A model generated the notes under the pieces. That model was not told where the DNA came from. It searched no databases and was given only the letters and a program-made list of their open reading frames with translations. A stretch of 64,000 bases of DNA from Rubripirellula sp. (lineage in GTDB: Bacteria; Planctomycetota; Planctomycetia; Pirellulales; Pirellulaceae). Location: contig OZ244207.1 in NCBI GenBank assembly GCA_965216875.1, positions 7,200,001 to 7,264,000 on the forward strand. Direction: 5' to 3'. Position 1 is the first letter of the stretch. Each line of letters begins with the position of its first letter. Below are positions 38,066 through 47,724 of the stretch, in pieces. The translations under genes were made by a program, and so were the position numbers.

Positions 38066-41000
38066 ATGTTGAAACAGCAACAACACTTCGCGATAGCCTT
38101 TGGATCTCTTCTCATGGTGATCGGCCTTTGCGGATGCGCCGAACCCGAACCGACGGAGACTGACGAAGCGTTCAAGCGAGCCGGCGTCGAGGGCGTTTCG
38201 GTCGCGGCCGCGGCGCAACGCTACAACTACAACACGACTCAGCAGTCGGATCGAGATGGGTACGGTGCCGACAAGGAAGACGGTGAAGAGGGCGAAGAGT
38301 CGTACGGTACGCGAGAGTGGATCGTTTATGACTACTTCCCTGGAATGGATGCGATCAGCGTGCGTCTCGAATCGGAGCCCGATTGTCCTGACCAACTTCT
38401 TGACACATTGGTCAAAACCGATGAGCAGGATTCTGATCCGAACAAGAAATTTGAGCCGGAAGGTCGGCCGCAAACTCAAGTCGTCACGCCGGATCTTTCC
38501 AAGAACGAAATCGTTGGTCGCAATACTTGGATGGCATGGTGCGGTGGCAATGAGGGGTTCTGGGATTGGCTCGCCACCGACAGTGTTGGGTTCATCGACT
38601 TCGTCAAATTGGTCGACACCCGCAAACGCGAACTTCGCTTCAAAGACACCGGCATGATCAATGAACCGGGGATGGAACAGCGAAGCCAACATTCGGAGTT
38701 TGGGCTTTGGCTGGACCAACCCGAGGATGAACGGATTCGTGCATGGCGCAAAGCCTTTGTTCGACAGACGTTCGACAAGATCGCCGACCGCAAACACAAA
38801 TCGCAAGTTGGTTTGACAAAGGGCCCCAAGTACAACGAGGCTCAACAAGAGGAGCTTTATCAAGGTGATGCCAAGGCTTACGCCGACGAAGGTTACCTCT
38901 ATCCCTCGGACTACATTCGAACCGACGGCAAGCGACGCCTCGATTTGGAATATCGTGGCGGTAAAGGGAGCAACGACGCAACCGAGTATGGCGACGAGGA
39001 TCCCGACTACCTCAAAAAGCTCTATGACTCGCGCGACCTGGAAGCGATCTCGCTATACAGCTTCCTCGACAAGACAATCTTGCCCCCCGACATGTATGGC
39101 CTCTCCAGCGGTATCGTTGGGCTGAGGCTCTTTCCGAATCCCTACTTCGACGACGATGCTCGACAGGCTTGGAATGCCAGGCGGTTCTACAACAAGAAGG
39201 ACGACTACTCGACCGACCCTGCGCTCATTCGGCCCTATCGGGTCGGTATGGCATGCGCGTTTTGCCACGCTTCGTTCCACCCGCTGCGCCCGCCACGCGA
39301 CAACCATAACCCAAGTTGGGAGAACATCTCCGGGAACATCGGTGCGCAGTACCTAAGCATGCGAGCTACGGTCGGCAATCTGTTGACGCGCGACCAGTTT
39401 GTTTATCACCTGCTCGACAGCCAGCCACGCGGCACCATCGACACTTCATTGGTTGCGTCCGACAACATCAATAATCCCAACACCATGAACGCTGTGTTTG
39501 GGCTCAAAGAACGCGCGTTTCTATCACTGCACAACCCCCGCGAAGTGATCTCTCGCGCGAGTGTTCAGTTGCCTTCTTTGTACGCGGGACAGCCAAATGA
39601 TCCTGTGCCTCAAGCGATCATAGATGAACTGACAGAATACGGTCTAGGCGACAAGCTTGACCACTTGAACGACGAGCAACGCTACGTTCCGCGCATCTTG
39701 TTGGACGGTTCGGATTCGATTGGCACATGGGGCGCATTGGCACGCGTCTATCTGAATATTGGAACCTATTGGGAACGCTGGAATCAGCTTCATCAGGTCG
39801 TCCTCGGTTTTACCCCGCAGCAACCGTTTCGCATCAACGATTGTGAAAAGTACTCGGTCTATTGGAACGCCACCGAACAGCGTGTTCCTGGCCTGCGCGA
39901 CTATTTCCTGAAAATCACACCGCCAATGCCGCTGTTGTCGACCGAAGGCGGACTTGAACGCATTCACCATCGGCCTCCGGCGACCAACGAGCGTTTTGTT
40001 TCGCGTTCGAAGTCGAGGGATCGAGCGAGTGGGGTGAATGTCGATCTACTGCAGCATGGCCGAAAGGTGTTTGCGAACAACTGCATCGTTTGTCATTCAA
40101 GCATTCAACCTGAAACGGCAATGATGATGAACGACTATTCGGATGATTATTCCGAGTTGGTCGAACGTCGAATGGAGATTCGTTCGGCCAACGAATTGAA
40201 TGGCGAATTCTATGAGCACGACCCAGGACAATGGTTGAACGACCCCGACTACATCCGTTGGGCGGAAGCGGCGGTCGAAAAAAGGGACTTCTGGAACAAC
40301 AACTACCTGTCCAATGACTACCGCGTTCCCGTCACGATCGTGGGGACAAACTCTGCCCGCGCGATGGCGACCAACGGGATGACCGATCACATGTGGGAAG
40401 ACTTCGCCTCTGAAGACTACAGGCAGCTTCCCTCGCCCGGCGAGATTCGATACTTCAATCCGTATGCTGGCGAGAAGGGCGAATGGGATACCTACTCGCC
40501 ACGTCACAAGACGGCGGAAGGCGTGCCGCCTCAAGGCGGAGGCCCCGGGTACTATCGCGTGCCGACGCTGATCTCGATTTGGGCGACTGCGCCGCTGCTG
40601 CACAACAACAGCCTCGGTCTCTACAACAATGACCCAAGCGTCGACGGGAGGCTCGAGGCATTTGACGATGCAATTCGCAAAATGCTTTGGCCAGAGAAAC
40701 GTCTGGAGAGCAGTAGCTACAACGGAGCAACCGCGGAACGGCTCAAACAAGACCAGGGGCTGATATGGCGGACTCCACAAGAGACCTACCTGTCACTTGA
40801 TTCACGCCGCGTCCCCGCGTTTGCCAAGCGTGGGATCGCAAGTGTTGGCTTGTGGCACAACCACCCTTGGCTTAGCTGGCTCGATGACGTGACGCTGCCA
40901 TGGTTGCCATCGCTGATTCTCGTCGTCGCTTCACTGTTCTTGTTGGTTACCGTCATGGCGCGTTACCGACGCCCAATCGGGATCCTGCTCTTGGTCGCAG

Positions 41001-41542
41001 CGGCGGTGCTTGGGATTGCTCTTTGGCTCGGCCGAAGCGTCTCGGTGTTGTCTGTCCTTGACTGGTCGCGTTGGATCTACCCGTGGTGGTTGCCTCTGTC
41101 GATCGTTGTCGTCGTTGGGCTGGCACTGGTCTTGCTCAAGTCGGCCGCAAAGGTGCGCTGGATTGCTTATTCCAAACTCATTGTTGGCATCGTTCTTGGT
41201 GGCATTATCTACTTCAACGCGGGCAGGTTAGGAGACGTCCAGATTGGACCGATTCCCGAGGGCACACCCGTAAACCTGTTGGCGAATTTCAATTCGGAAG
41301 CTGACAGGATTGACCAAGTCAAGAGTGTACGGACGGCCGTTGCCGGACTGGCGGAAATCGAGTCACGCAAACTGCCGAACGATGAAGCTCGAAAACTGCT
41401 ACGCGAGAAGGTCGCTCCTGCGTTGATGTCGGTCAACAAATGTCCCGACTTTGTCATGGACCGAGGCCACTATTTCCCCTGGTTCGATTCGATGGACGAC
41501 AAAGACAAGAACGCTTTGATCGAACTGCTCAAGACCTTTTGA
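38066..41542 (+). CDS. Large di-heme c-type cytochrome lipoprotein (RoxA/MauG-like fold) with C-terminal TM insertion
   Basis: Lipobox-like LCGC; CAFCH (nt 39254) and CIVCH (nt 40082); YYRVPTLISIWATAPLLHNNS; about 4 TMs before the C-terminal ALIELLKTF. Confidence 0.78.
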   Translation: MLKQQQHFAIAFGSLLMVIGLCGCAEPEPTETDEAFKRAGVEGVSVAAAAQRYNYNTTQQSDRDGYGADKEDGEEGEESYGTREWIVYDYFPGMDAISVRLESEPDCPDQLLDTLVKTDEQDSDPNKKFEPEGRPQTQVVTPDLSKNEIVGRNTWMAWCGGNEGFWDWLATDSVGFIDFVKLVDTRKRELRFKDTGMINEPGMEQRSQHSEFGLWLDQPEDERIRAWRKAFVRQTFDKIADRKHKSQVGLTKGPKYNEAQQEELYQGDAKAYADEGYLYPSDYIRTDGKRRLDLEYRGGKGSNDATEYGDEDPDYLKKLYDSRDLEAISLYSFLDKTILPPDMYGLSSGIVGLRLFPNPYFDDDARQAWNARRFYNKKDDYSTDPALIRPYRVGMACAFCHASFHPLRPPRDNHNPSWENISGNIGAQYLSMRATVGNLLTRDQFVYHLLDSQPRGTIDTSLVASDNINNPNTMNAVFGLKERAFLSLHNPREVISRASVQLPSLYAGQPNDPVPQAIIDELTEYGLGDKLDHLNDEQRYVPRILLDGSDSIGTWGALARVYLNIGTYWERWNQLHQVVLGFTPQQPFRINDCEKYSVYWNATEQRVPGLRDYFLKITPPMPLLSTEGGLERIHHRPPATNERFVSRSKSRDRASGVNVDLLQHGRKVFANNCIVCHSSIQPETAMMMNDYSDDYSELVERRMEIRSANELNGEFYEHDPGQWLNDPDYIRWAEAAVEKRDFWNNNYLSNDYRVPVTIVGTNSARAMATNGMTDHMWEDFASEDYRQLPSPGEIRYFNPYAGEKGEWDTYSPRHKTAEGVPPQGGGPGYYRVPTLISIWATAPLLHNNSLGLYNNDPSVDGRLEAFDDAIRKMLWPEKRLESSSYNGATAERLKQDQGLIWRTPQETYLSLDSRRVPAFAKRGIASVGLWHNHPWLSWLDDVTLPWLPSLILVVASLFLLVTVMARYRRPIGILLLVAAAVLGIALWLGRSVSVLSVLDWSRWIYPWWLPLSIVVVVGLALVLLKSAAKVRWIAYSKLIVGIVLGGIIYFNAGRLGDVQIGPIPEGTPVNLLANFNSEADRIDQVKSVRTAVAGLAEIESRKLPNDEARKLLREKVAPALMSVNKCPDFVMDRGHYFPWFDSMDDKDKNALIELLKTF

Positions 41543-41596
41543 TCGTGCGACCTGTCGACACGACTGCAATTCCTTTTGACCCTTCGAGTGACCGTG

Positions 41597-44500
41597 ATGG
41601 CTGATAACGACAAGCAGCCCGAGAGCAAAGACGAATTCGATTTCATCATTGTTGGATCGGGGGCCGGCGGAGCGCCGCTTGCCGCAAGGTTGGCACGTGA
41701 GGGCAAACGGGTCTTGGTGATCGAGGCTGGTCCCAACCAGTCCGATGCGCCCGCCACTGCACCACAAAACGAAGTCTCACGTGTTCCAGCGACTCACGCG
41801 GCTTCGTCCGAACATCCCGATCTGTCGTGGCAGTTCTTTGTCGATCACTACAAACGCAATCAACGCGGCCAACTACCCGAGGGAATTGAAGAGGACCCCA
41901 AGTGGCATGATCCAGCCGATGGTGACGCCCAGCAGACAGGTATCTTCTACCCGCGCGCATCAGGCGTTGGTGGGTGCACGATCCACAACGCCATGATCAC
42001 CGTCCTGGGCCCGCTCTCGGATTGGGACAACCTGGCCAGCTTTTTGGGCGACGATACTTGGAACGGCCGTCAAATGCAGGCCTATTTCAAGCGTCTTGAA
42101 CACAACGACTATCACCCCGTTCCCGACCATTCGCGATTGTCGCGGTCGCGCGCCTATTGGACTTATGTCAAGAATGGGTTCCTTTATCTGATCGGCCGCC
42201 GCCCTGATACCAACGCCGGCAAACACGGTTTTCAAGGTTGGCTGCACACGAGTTTTACCGACATCACGTTGGGGCTCAAAGACACGCAACTGATCAAGAT
42301 GTTGGCGGCTGCGGTCTGGGGATCCAAAAAAAGTGGCCTCGACACCATTGGTTCGTGGAAACGTTTCTTCTTGCGCGGTCGCTATCGGCAAGCGCTCGAT
42401 CCCAACCATAGCGAAACGATGGCCAATAGCCCCGAAGGGATCGCGCTGATTCCGTTGGCCGTACATGGAGGTCGCACGACGATCCATCAAGATCGCTCGA
42501 TGCCCTTCGCGATGCTGGGGCGACGCAGTAGTCCGCGCGAATACCTTTTGTCGACGCTTGCGCTGCATCCCGAAAACCTCACGATCATGACCGATTGTTT
42601 GGTCACCAAGGTCATCCTAAAAACGCGAGGCCGAGGAGACGACGCAAAGAAGGTGGCTGTTGGGGTCGAATACCAAGAAGGTGCCAGCCTCTACCGAGCT
42701 CACCCCGATCCGAGTGAAAAGGATGGCAAAAAGAAGACGTTGCGCGTTCGACCGGGTGGTGAAGTCATCCTTTGTGGCGGGTCGTTCAATACGCCCCAAC
42801 TTCTGATGCTGTCAGGCATTGGGGAAAAGGACGACGATGGAAACATCTCGCTGTCCGCGTCAAGCGAACCACCGGAAAAGCCAATCAAGTGCGAGGTCGA
42901 TCTGCCCGGCGTTGGCAAGAACCTGCAAGATCGGTACGAAGTCTCGGTGGTCAGCGAAATGAACGAGGAGTTCGCGCTGCTAAAAGGTGCCACCTTCAAC
43001 GTTCCTGAAGATCCCGAACAACCTGATCGACACCTTCGTCGTTGGCGCGAAGAAGGAACGGGACTCTACAGCAGCAACGGTGGCGTGCTCGCAATCCTTA
43101 AACGCTCACGCCCCGACCTTGCTCAGCCCGATCTGTTCATCTTTGGCGTTCCGCTCAAATTTGAAGGCTATGAAGTTGGCTATTCCAACCTCAACCAAAA
43201 GAACCTCTTTTCGTGGGTCATTCTGAAAGCCCATACCGAGAATCGCGACGGCTGGGTCAAACTTCGAAGCACCGATCCACGTGACACGCCCGAGATCAAT
43301 TTCAACTATTTTCAGACCATCTCGCGCGCTGGGAAGAGTGAAACGGATCCGGATTTGCAAGCGGTGGTTCACGGCGTTCGCTTCGTGCGTGATTTCCTAA
43401 AGAACGCAAAACGTATCGTTCGGACAGAAGTGCATCCCGGCAGCGAAGTTTCAAGTGACGATGCGGTGCGTGATTGGGTGCGCCGTGATGCATGGGGACA
43501 TCACGCCTGTGGTACTTGCCGAATGGGACCCGATGGCGACAAAAACGCCGTCCTTGATAGTCGGTTTCGCGTTCGGAACGTGAGCAACTTGCGCATCGTG
43601 GATGCATCGATCTTCCCGACGATCCCCGGCTATTTCATCGTTTCGAACATCTACATGGCTTCGGAAAAGGCAGCCGATGTCATCATCGAAGATCACGCTG
43701 ACGACGAAGAAGTTGATCTGAATGAGTACCCCAAAGAGATGCGGGAACTCGAAGCGAAAACGATTCGTCAACGTCGTGAAGAGGCGAGTCAAACGAGCCG
43801 GTCAGACGTTCCCGAGCCTGAAGAGGTCGAAGTCGCTGGCCAGTGGCCCGCTGACCTGACGGGCTTGGCACTGTCGGGTGGTGGTATTCGCAGCGCAACG
43901 TTTTGTCTCGGTCTTCTGCAGGACCTCGCCAAGAACAATGTTTTGCGGAGAGTCGATTACTTGTCGACCGTATCGGGTGGCGGCTACATCGGATCGTTCT
44001 TGGGACGCTTTTATGATCGGATGCGTGATGCGCAGAATCTGAATTCATTACCCGCTGTCGACCGCGCCGAACGCGAAATTGCATCTCCAACATCTCCCGA
44101 GCTTGATTGGTTGCGCAGCCACGGCAACTACATCGCGCCAGGCGGACGGGGTGATGGACGCTACAACTTTGCGATCTTTTTGCGCAACCTGCTCAGCGTG
44201 CATCTGATTATCTTCCTGTTGCTGTTTTCAGCATTCGGACTCGCAAACGCAATTCGCTACGGATTGTTTGATCAGATTCTTGCGACTTGGATGCTCTTTT
44301 TTCGCCAGCCGTTCCCCGTAGGAAATCTTGTCGAATCGGTCAGTGGTCCATGGTTCAGCCCTTGGTTCATGCTGGCCGAGGCAATCGCGTTGTTTGTCGT
44401 GTTGCCACGAATTCTCGGATACTGGATCGTTTCTCCAACCAAACACAACGCCTACAAGACGATTCCTTTGGTTCTTTTGTTCGTGATCGCTGGGACGCTG

Positions 44501-46390
44501 CTGTTCTTTGGCGTGCACGAGGGCCTCAAGCTGCAACTGGTGTTGTTGGGGTTAGCGATGTTTTCGTCCCTGGCTCACGTCGAATATGCGTGGTATTGGG
44601 GACGCTTGCGTGAGGCAGCTGTTGGCACCGGCGGCCCTGCAGCCCAGCGAGCGAGAACACGCAACGATTTGACTTACGACCTTGGGCTCGCATTGGCCTT
44701 AACAGGCATCACGCTTGCGTTTAGTTTGATCGATACCATTTCCAATGGTCTGCATGAGTGGCTGGTGCGCGGCAACGCAACTTACACGGCCGCATTTGCA
44801 TCGCTGATGGGAGCGATTGTTGCTCTGACGCCAGTCGCGCAATGGCTGGCAAAGTTTTTTGCAAGTGACCAAGCTTCGGGGCCTCGGTCGCTTGTGCGAA
44901 TGCTTCGTCGCGACATGATCGCCGGTTTGCTCGCGATCGTTCTCTTCACACTGCCTCTCGTGTTGTACTGCTTTGCATCGCACGCGGTGTATCGCGGAGG
45001 CGCACCTGAGTTTCTTTGGTGGGGGATCGGGTCGACACTTGTCGCCTTGGCACTCAGCATCGCTTTCACTCTGCCGGGAACATGGAGTTTTGTGAATCGA
45101 TCTTCCTTGGCAAACGTCTATGCGGCACGGCTAGCACGCGCTTACCTTGGCGCGTCGAATCCCGCGCGTCATCGCCCCGAAGGTCGGAACGTTGCTGAAG
45201 TGATGCCGGGTGATGATGTCGACTCGATTCGGCAGTATCGCCCCTATGGTGCGTCTGGGCCACTTCACCTGATCAACGTTACCGTTAACCAAACGATTGA
45301 TTATGGCTCGAGACTGGCCAAACGCGATCGGCAAGGCACGAACATGGCGGTCAGTTCGGTGGGGGTCACCGTTGGCGAACAATGGCACAGTGAATGGGTG
45401 GCACCTTCGGATGCAAGTCAATCGTTGGACACGACTCAACCCGTCGGGCTGAAACCTGTGGGTAGGCATCCCGGCGAAGCGCACCCGTTTATTGATGAAC
45501 TGAATCGATCGGCCGATCGAGCTGAAGTCCTCTCTTTGAGACAATGGATTGCGATTTCTGGCGCAGCCGTCGACCCCGGGCGCGGGCGCAATACCAATCT
45601 TGGGACGGCTCTGCTGTTTGGGCTGGTCAACCTTCGCACTGGCCATTGGTGGGACAGCGGAATCACGGAATCAGATCGCGTTGGTTTCCCAGCCAAATCG
45701 CCGATGCGGCGAATCCTCTATCTGCTACCGCGCGTGTTCACGACGCAGGCGTTGCTGTTATACGAATGGTTGGCCAGGTACCCGGGGCCATGGCAGCGTT
45801 TTTGGCATCTTTCCGATGGTGGCTATTTCGAAAACCTCGGCGTTTATGAACTGATTCGCCGGCGTGTTCCGCGGATCATCGCCTGCGACGGTGGTGCGGA
45901 TCCGAACTATGAGCTGAGTGACTTTTCGGAGTTGGTCCGGAAGGTGCGGATCGATTTCGGAGCAAGGATCGAACCGCTCAGTGAAGCAGAGATTGACGCC
46001 GTCAAGAAGAAGTTCGATACGCAAGATGCCTTCGAGAACATCGGCACGATCGAACAGCTACGTCCTGCGGGAGGTGCGTCGATCCCGAGCAAGCACGCGA
46101 CGCTGTGTTGGGTTCACTACCCGCGCGCACCGCGCCAATCGAAAGATCGCCCCACATCCTCTTCGCTCATGCTATACATCAAAGCGTCGGTCAACGGGGA
46201 TGAATCGGAAGACATTCGCAACTACCACCAAGCTCACCCGTCTTTTCCACATGAAAGCACGGCTGACCAGTTCTTTGACGAGGCTCAGTGGGAGAGCTAC
46301 CGAAAACTGGGCGAACATATCGGCGAGCTCTTTGACACGGATTGGTTCTGGAACGTTGACCTACCCACAAGCATCGAGGAAGTCGCGTGA
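41597..46390 (+). CDS. GMC oxidoreductase fused to a multi-TM patatin/cPLA2-like phospholipase domain
   Basis: GMC: FDFIIVGSGAGG, YPRASGVGGCTIHNAMI, TPQLLMLSGIG, GVGKNLQD, WGHHACGT, LRIVDASIFP. Lipase: GLALSGGGIRSATF, YLSTVSGGGY, LSDGGYFENLG, FPHESTADQFFDEAQWESY. Confidence 0.88.
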   Translation: MADNDKQPESKDEFDFIIVGSGAGGAPLAARLAREGKRVLVIEAGPNQSDAPATAPQNEVSRVPATHAASSEHPDLSWQFFVDHYKRNQRGQLPEGIEEDPKWHDPADGDAQQTGIFYPRASGVGGCTIHNAMITVLGPLSDWDNLASFLGDDTWNGRQMQAYFKRLEHNDYHPVPDHSRLSRSRAYWTYVKNGFLYLIGRRPDTNAGKHGFQGWLHTSFTDITLGLKDTQLIKMLAAAVWGSKKSGLDTIGSWKRFFLRGRYRQALDPNHSETMANSPEGIALIPLAVHGGRTTIHQDRSMPFAMLGRRSSPREYLLSTLALHPENLTIMTDCLVTKVILKTRGRGDDAKKVAVGVEYQEGASLYRAHPDPSEKDGKKKTLRVRPGGEVILCGGSFNTPQLLMLSGIGEKDDDGNISLSASSEPPEKPIKCEVDLPGVGKNLQDRYEVSVVSEMNEEFALLKGATFNVPEDPEQPDRHLRRWREEGTGLYSSNGGVLAILKRSRPDLAQPDLFIFGVPLKFEGYEVGYSNLNQKNLFSWVILKAHTENRDGWVKLRSTDPRDTPEINFNYFQTISRAGKSETDPDLQAVVHGVRFVRDFLKNAKRIVRTEVHPGSEVSSDDAVRDWVRRDAWGHHACGTCRMGPDGDKNAVLDSRFRVRNVSNLRIVDASIFPTIPGYFIVSNIYMASEKAADVIIEDHADDEEVDLNEYPKEMRELEAKTIRQRREEASQTSRSDVPEPEEVEVAGQWPADLTGLALSGGGIRSATFCLGLLQDLAKNNVLRRVDYLSTVSGGGYIGSFLGRFYDRMRDAQNLNSLPAVDRAEREIASPTSPELDWLRSHGNYIAPGGRGDGRYNFAIFLRNLLSVHLIIFLLLFSAFGLANAIRYGLFDQILATWMLFFRQPFPVGNLVESVSGPWFSPWFMLAEAIALFVVLPRILGYWIVSPTKHNAYKTIPLVLLFVIAGTLLFFGVHEGLKLQLVLLGLAMFSSLAHVEYAWYWGRLREAAVGTGGPAAQRARTRNDLTYDLGLALALTGITLAFSLIDTISNGLHEWLVRGNATYTAAFASLMGAIVALTPVAQWLAKFFASDQASGPRSLVRMLRRDMIAGLLAIVLFTLPLVLYCFASHAVYRGGAPEFLWWGIGSTLVALALSIAFTLPGTWSFVNRSSLANVYAARLARAYLGASNPARHRPEGRNVAEVMPGDDVDSIRQYRPYGASGPLHLINVTVNQTIDYGSRLAKRDRQGTNMAVSSVGVTVGEQWHSEWVAPSDASQSLDTTQPVGLKPVGRHPGEAHPFIDELNRSADRAEVLSLRQWIAISGAAVDPGRGRNTNLGTALLFGLVNLRTGHWWDSGITESDRVGFPAKSPMRRILYLLPRVFTTQALLLYEWLARYPGPWQRFWHLSDGGYFENLGVYELIRRRVPRIIACDGGADPNYELSDFSELVRKVRIDFGARIEPLSEAEIDAVKKKFDTQDAFENIGTIEQLRPAGGASIPSKHATLCWVHYPRAPRQSKDRPTSSSLMLYIKASVNGDESEDIRNYHQAHPSFPHESTADQFFDEAQWESYRKLGEHIGELFDTDWFWNVDLPTSIEEVA

Positions 46391-47724
46391 ACGTTGCGCT
46401 GCTACGCCGATTCCGAATGCAATGTGCGGTGGTCGGAGTCTTGATTGCCGCTGCCCATCTGCACGCATCCGATCACGCCGATCCGATTCTGCTGTTCGGT
46501 CCACCACAGGAACAAGGGCTGACGGGGTTGTTTGTGTTTCCGGTGGATGCGGATGGAAATGTGATTCACGCGTTTACGCGCCCCGCTGGGCTTCCACTTC
46601 ACAAGCCCGAAGCCGATATTGTTCGTCAGCCGTTGACCGAGGAAGAGGTCGACAAGATTCGCAGTGTCGTTTTCATCCTTTGCATTCGCCCGCAACTGAC
46701 CAACAACGAACAGTTTCGACCGTCACCCTATACCTATCGAATCCAGATCGACATCGACAGCTATCCCGAAGTCGATCTGATCAAGGTCGACGCTCCTTCG
46801 GCCGGCGTGATTCCTCGACCCAACGTTGATGAATCAATACCACACTCTCACAACGAGCCGCCGCCGATGAAGTTGATCGAGGCATACGCTCGCTACGGCG
46901 GACGCATTCCCAACTTCAGAGAGATTGAAGAGGACATCACGCTGGAATTCAAACTCAACAACAACGGAACCATCGCGGATGGTTATCCAATCATTGAGTC
47001 AGCGGGGGCGGATCCTAGCGGGATCGTTTGCGAAGCGGGGATTTTCGATGATCCATTTATCTTTCCGATGTTCTCCGACACGAACGTTGTGGCCATCACC
47101 GCGACAGTGCCCGTTGAGGTCTTTCGCGGCAAGACCGATCTATTGGTTTGGGGCACAACCCACAAGAAATCAAAGAAGATCGACCATGTCGGTCGCGCGC
47201 TGAGAACGCAGAACCCGAGATTCGAGATGCTCAATCGGCTTCGCCCCCGCGAGCATGTTGATGCGTTGCTCGCTGAACGCAATGACCCTGGATTGATCCG
47301 CGATCTCGCTCTCAAGTTCAACCTCAGTTCGTTGTTTGCCTATCGCGAGTGGGACTTCGTTCCCGATGTCGCTTGCTATTCGACGCGTTACCCAGCTGGT
47401 TTTCCGAACGGGCGTCTCCTTAGCGATGACATTGCTGCAATGCTCGCCCAGCACGGCGATGTGGTGCTGTTTGAACTTTCTCACGCCGGTGACGACTTTC
47501 GGTGGCCTCGCACGACGAAGCATGACCCCGAGTTTCATTCAGCCGCGCCCTACTTGACCGAAAGGTTTGGAAGTCGCCCACAACCGTCGGGCTACCGCCT
47601 GAGCGTCAAGAACAAGCTCCTACTCTTGGCGATCTTTTGTTTGGCGCTCGTGTTGTACGCGTTGTCGGTGTGGGTGTTCGCTCGGCTGTACTACAAATGG
47701 AAAGTTCGTAAGCGGTACCTCTGA
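46387..47724 (+). CDS. DUF4331-like secreted protein with C-terminal membrane anchor
   Basis: Signal peptide then SDHADP, G.FDDPFIF, IDHVGR, GFPNGRLLSDD; C-terminal TM plus basic tail. GTGA overlap with the upstream gene. Confidence 0.72.
   Translation: MNVALLRRFRMQCAVVGVLIAAAHLHASDHADPILLFGPPQEQGLTGLFVFPVDADGNVIHAFTRPAGLPLHKPEADIVRQPLTEEEVDKIRSVVFILCIRPQLTNNEQFRPSPYTYRIQIDIDSYPEVDLIKVDAPSAGVIPRPNVDESIPHSHNEPPPMKLIEAYARYGGRIPNFREIEEDITLEFKLNNNGTIADGYPIIESAGADPSGIVCEAGIFDDPFIFPMFSDTNVVAITATVPVEVFRGKTDLLVWGTTHKKSKKIDHVGRALRTQNPRFEMLNRLRPREHVDALLAERNDPGLIRDLALKFNLSSLFAYREWDFVPDVACYSTRYPAGFPNGRLLSDDIAAMLAQHGDVVLFELSHAGDDFRWPRTTKHDPEFHSAAPYLTERFGSRPQPSGYRLSVKNKLLLLAIFCLALVLYALSVWVFARLYYKWKVRKRYL

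Noticed and set aside
37918..38163. Short ORF with an HHHHH run upstream of the di-heme gene (possible leader peptide)
   Set aside because: It overlaps the downstream CDS out of frame, has no clear RBS or attenuator structure, and the run comes from a short ccatca repeat.
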